From Emiliania huxleyi CCMP1516 (Eukaryota): a stretch of 64,000 nt of DNA. Of the stretch, positions 61,698 to 64,000 are shown piece by piece. The DNA lies in contig NW_005201792.1 of NCBI RefSeq assembly GCF_000372725.1, positions 375,440 to 439,439 of the forward strand. Reading direction: 5' to 3'. Each line of letters opens with the position of its first letter. The first letter of the stretch is position 1. The notes beneath the pieces are model-generated. The model searched no databases. It was not told the DNA's origin and was given only the letters and a program-made list of their open reading frames with translations. The position numbers and the translations under genes are program-made.

Positions 61698-62950
61698 TCA
61701 GCCATTCGCCGCGTCCGCGAGAAGCGAGAGGGGGTCGCGTCCGAAGAAGGCGTCCTCGGTGTAGAAAGTGACGCCCGCCGCCGCGGCGAGCCGCCTGTCG
61801 TCGTCTCCGTGGTCAGTCTCGCGGCCGGCGGCGTCGCCCACGAAGAAGCTCTCTGGGGCCGCCCTCGCGCCCAGCAGCTCCTCCGCCACGTGCCACATGC
61901 CCGCGTTGCCGGCGGCGGTCACGGGCTGCTTGTGCAGCGTGTGGCCGCGGCTCGAAGTGCCAGTCCTCTTGTCTGTCGCCTACTCGGCGCCAGCCGACAG
62001 GTCTTGATGTCTCCTCCACCGGCCTGGCGGTGGCTGCCTCGGGCAGAAGCCGCGCCACGAGCACGAGCACGGGCACGCCCACGTCCGCCGCCCAGCCCGC
62101 CAGCCGCTCAAGCTTCGGCGTGATCTGCGCCCGCAGCGGGTCGGCGTTCTTGAGGTGCGCGACGCTCTCGTTTGTCAGCACGAGGAGCCTATCGGACGCG
62201 CCCGAGAAGGATCAGCGAAGGCTCCGTCGAGACGCGCTCGCCGGCCAGCACGAGGCGCCGGTAGCCGCGCGCGTGCAGCGCGCGCAGCATCGCGGGCGAC
62301 GAGCCGAAGCGGTGGTTCCAAAAGCTGCTCCTCCACTTGTCCTTGCCTCCTGCCGCCTTTCGCTCGGAGAGCGTGTCGTCAAAGTCGAACCCCGCCAGCT
62401 TGCAGACGGGCGCTGACGAAGTGGTGGCGCCGTTGAAGTGGCCGATGAGCAAGCTGTTGTCTCCGACAAACGGGCGGAGGAGAGGGATCCGCACCGGCTC
62501 CACCGGCCTGTCCTTCTTTGGGACGCGCAGGAAGACGGCCGGATTGGCGTACCGCGACGGGATGGTGATGTCGGCGGAGGGACCGCCAGACCCGCTCGAC
62601 GCCGCGGACGCCGGCTCCGCCCTCGCCCCGTCTCCTGCGTTGGACTCTTCACTCGCAGCCGGTGCCGGAGCCGAAGCGGCGGCGGCAGGAGCGGGCACGG
62701 CAGCAGGACGCTGCTGGCTCTGCTGGCTGTTTGCGGCCGCGAGGAGCGGGTGCTCTGCCGGGTGGTCCTCCGACTCAAAGTGGGCGGGGTTGCGGCGGTA
62801 GCAGTTGATGCCAAACGGGCACGCCGGCCGGCCAGGGGCCCGGCTGTACGTCGGTACCGGCGGCTGCCGCCGGCTGGTCGGCGGCCCTGGCTCGTCGTCG
62901 CTGTTCAAGCTGATGACGTCGGCCGGTCGTTTGGCGGCCGACGTACACAT
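61698..62950 (-). CDS. PBZ zinc finger + polynucleotide 3'-phosphatase (PNK3P HAD), multi-exon
   Basis: CPFGINCYRRNPAHFESEDHP (PBZ); AGFDFDDTL, LTNES, GMW and SFFVGDAAGR..DR..A..F (PNKP phosphatase). No kinase domain follows. Confidence 0.85.
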
Positions 62951-63145
62951 GACTGTCGCTGGCTGCCGAGCGCTCACTCCCAGCTGGCGAGGCACTCCCA
63001 CGCCTCGCGGGTCCCCCCTTGCCCGGGGGGGCGAGGGAACCCGAGATGCTGGGGCGAGCCTCGGCGAGACTGCGTCAGCTGTTCCCACAGCAGGCTGGAA
63101 GTACCTCGCCAGCGCCCACGCGGATTCTTCCTCACCTCCCATCTT

Positions 63146-63636
63146 TTAGGCTGCACGAGGTTTTCCTCTCGCACCCCGTCTGTTTTCCTTTCCTTTTTTC
63201 TCTCTACAGCACCGCTTTTCCTCTCTATTTTCCCGGGAAAACTCCGTGGAAATCGTCAAATTTTGGGCTCTGAGCCGAGTCTGAGCACAGTCTGAGGCTG
63301 AGATTTTAGAAAACCAACAAGAAATCTCATCTTCTTGAGGCTGTGGTTTTGCCAAAATCAGCCAAATTTTATTTAGGCCAAATCGTCAAAATGCCGGGAA
63401 TTTTGCGGAGAACCCGTGTAGACCTGGAAATTACCCTGCGACCGCCTGGGTATTTTGTCGATTCCTCAATTTTGCCTCAGATTTTGCCCCAGACCAGCTC
63501 TCAGACTCAGGGAAACTCGCGAGTTTCCAGAATGGAGCACCAAACACCCTCTGTTCCCTGGAAATTTCCGGAAACGCAAAGTGCTGGGGACCCTCTGTTT
63601 TCCTTTTTGTTTGCCGGAAAACCTCGTATAGGCCAA
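63146..63636. mobile_element. hAT-like MITE (491 bp), internally related to the 20312 MITE
   Basis: 21-bp TIR matching at 17/21 positions (core ACGAGGTTTTCC); TSD CCCATCTT at 63138-63145 and 63637-63644; shares TTTTGGGCTCTGAGCCGAGTCTG with ~20427-20449. Confidence 0.8.
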
Positions 63637-64000
63637 CCCATCTTCCGCAAGAGTCCAAACCCTGCTGGGTTCCGGCTCCTACCGAGATACCCTTTAAACC
63701 CTGGTGTTCCCACCCGTTAAACCCTGTGCAATAGGTAGGTAGGTCCGGTTTTGACCGCGGCCCCAGGACCAAAGTGCAAAGAGTCAAGAGAGGAGACGAG
63801 TGCGAAACCGCTTCGCTCGCGCGGGAGACGGGCGCGTTTAGCCGCGAACGGGGCCATGCCAGACGAGTCGCCTGCTGTTGGGACGCCAGCCGAGACGGGT
63901 GCGGCGGGCGCTGGCAGCCTATTTATGTACGTAAAAGAGAGTTCAGAGGTGTGATGCGCGCCAGCACCGGGGCAACAACGCGGGACCGTTTCCGGGCCGT

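Noticed and set aside
63877..64000. First exon of a gene at the window end
   Set aside because: Plausible ATG and GT donor, but too short to support a call.

Overview
GC-rich eukaryotic genomic DNA. GC-AG introns and 10-11 bp intronic minisatellites suggest a haptophyte alga such as Emiliania/Gephyrocapsa (inference). About 20 host genes are recognisable: a VPS13 3' end, a GT61 glycosyltransferase, a WDR20/CreC-like WD40 protein, a CS-domain protein, a SPOC-GYF-PHD-TFIIS_N chromatin protein, a multi-TM kinase, a PAN+DUF5695 protein, DBP7/DDX31, an NDH-2 pseudogene, an FHA-like+WW protein, ZMYND12, a PRP40/TCERG1-like protein, U-box and MLLE proteins, ALG3, a 5-finger C2H2 protein, a SlyD-MsrA fusion and a PBZ-PNK 3'-phosphatase. 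Intergenic DNA is dense with small mobile elements: four TIR/TSD-bounded non-autonomous DNA elements and several TSD-flanked, tailed retro-insertions. The most unusual item is a ~2.6 kb TSD-less element present twice in inverted orientation (28458-31110 and 51518-54330). It carries a spliced 68-aa microprotein gene missed by the ORF track and a nested-stem candidate RNA between ~70 bp direct repeats. Many introns are bracketed by duplicated exon sequence with simple-repeat filler. All calls come from reading the sequence by eye; exon boundaries are approximate and no searches were run.
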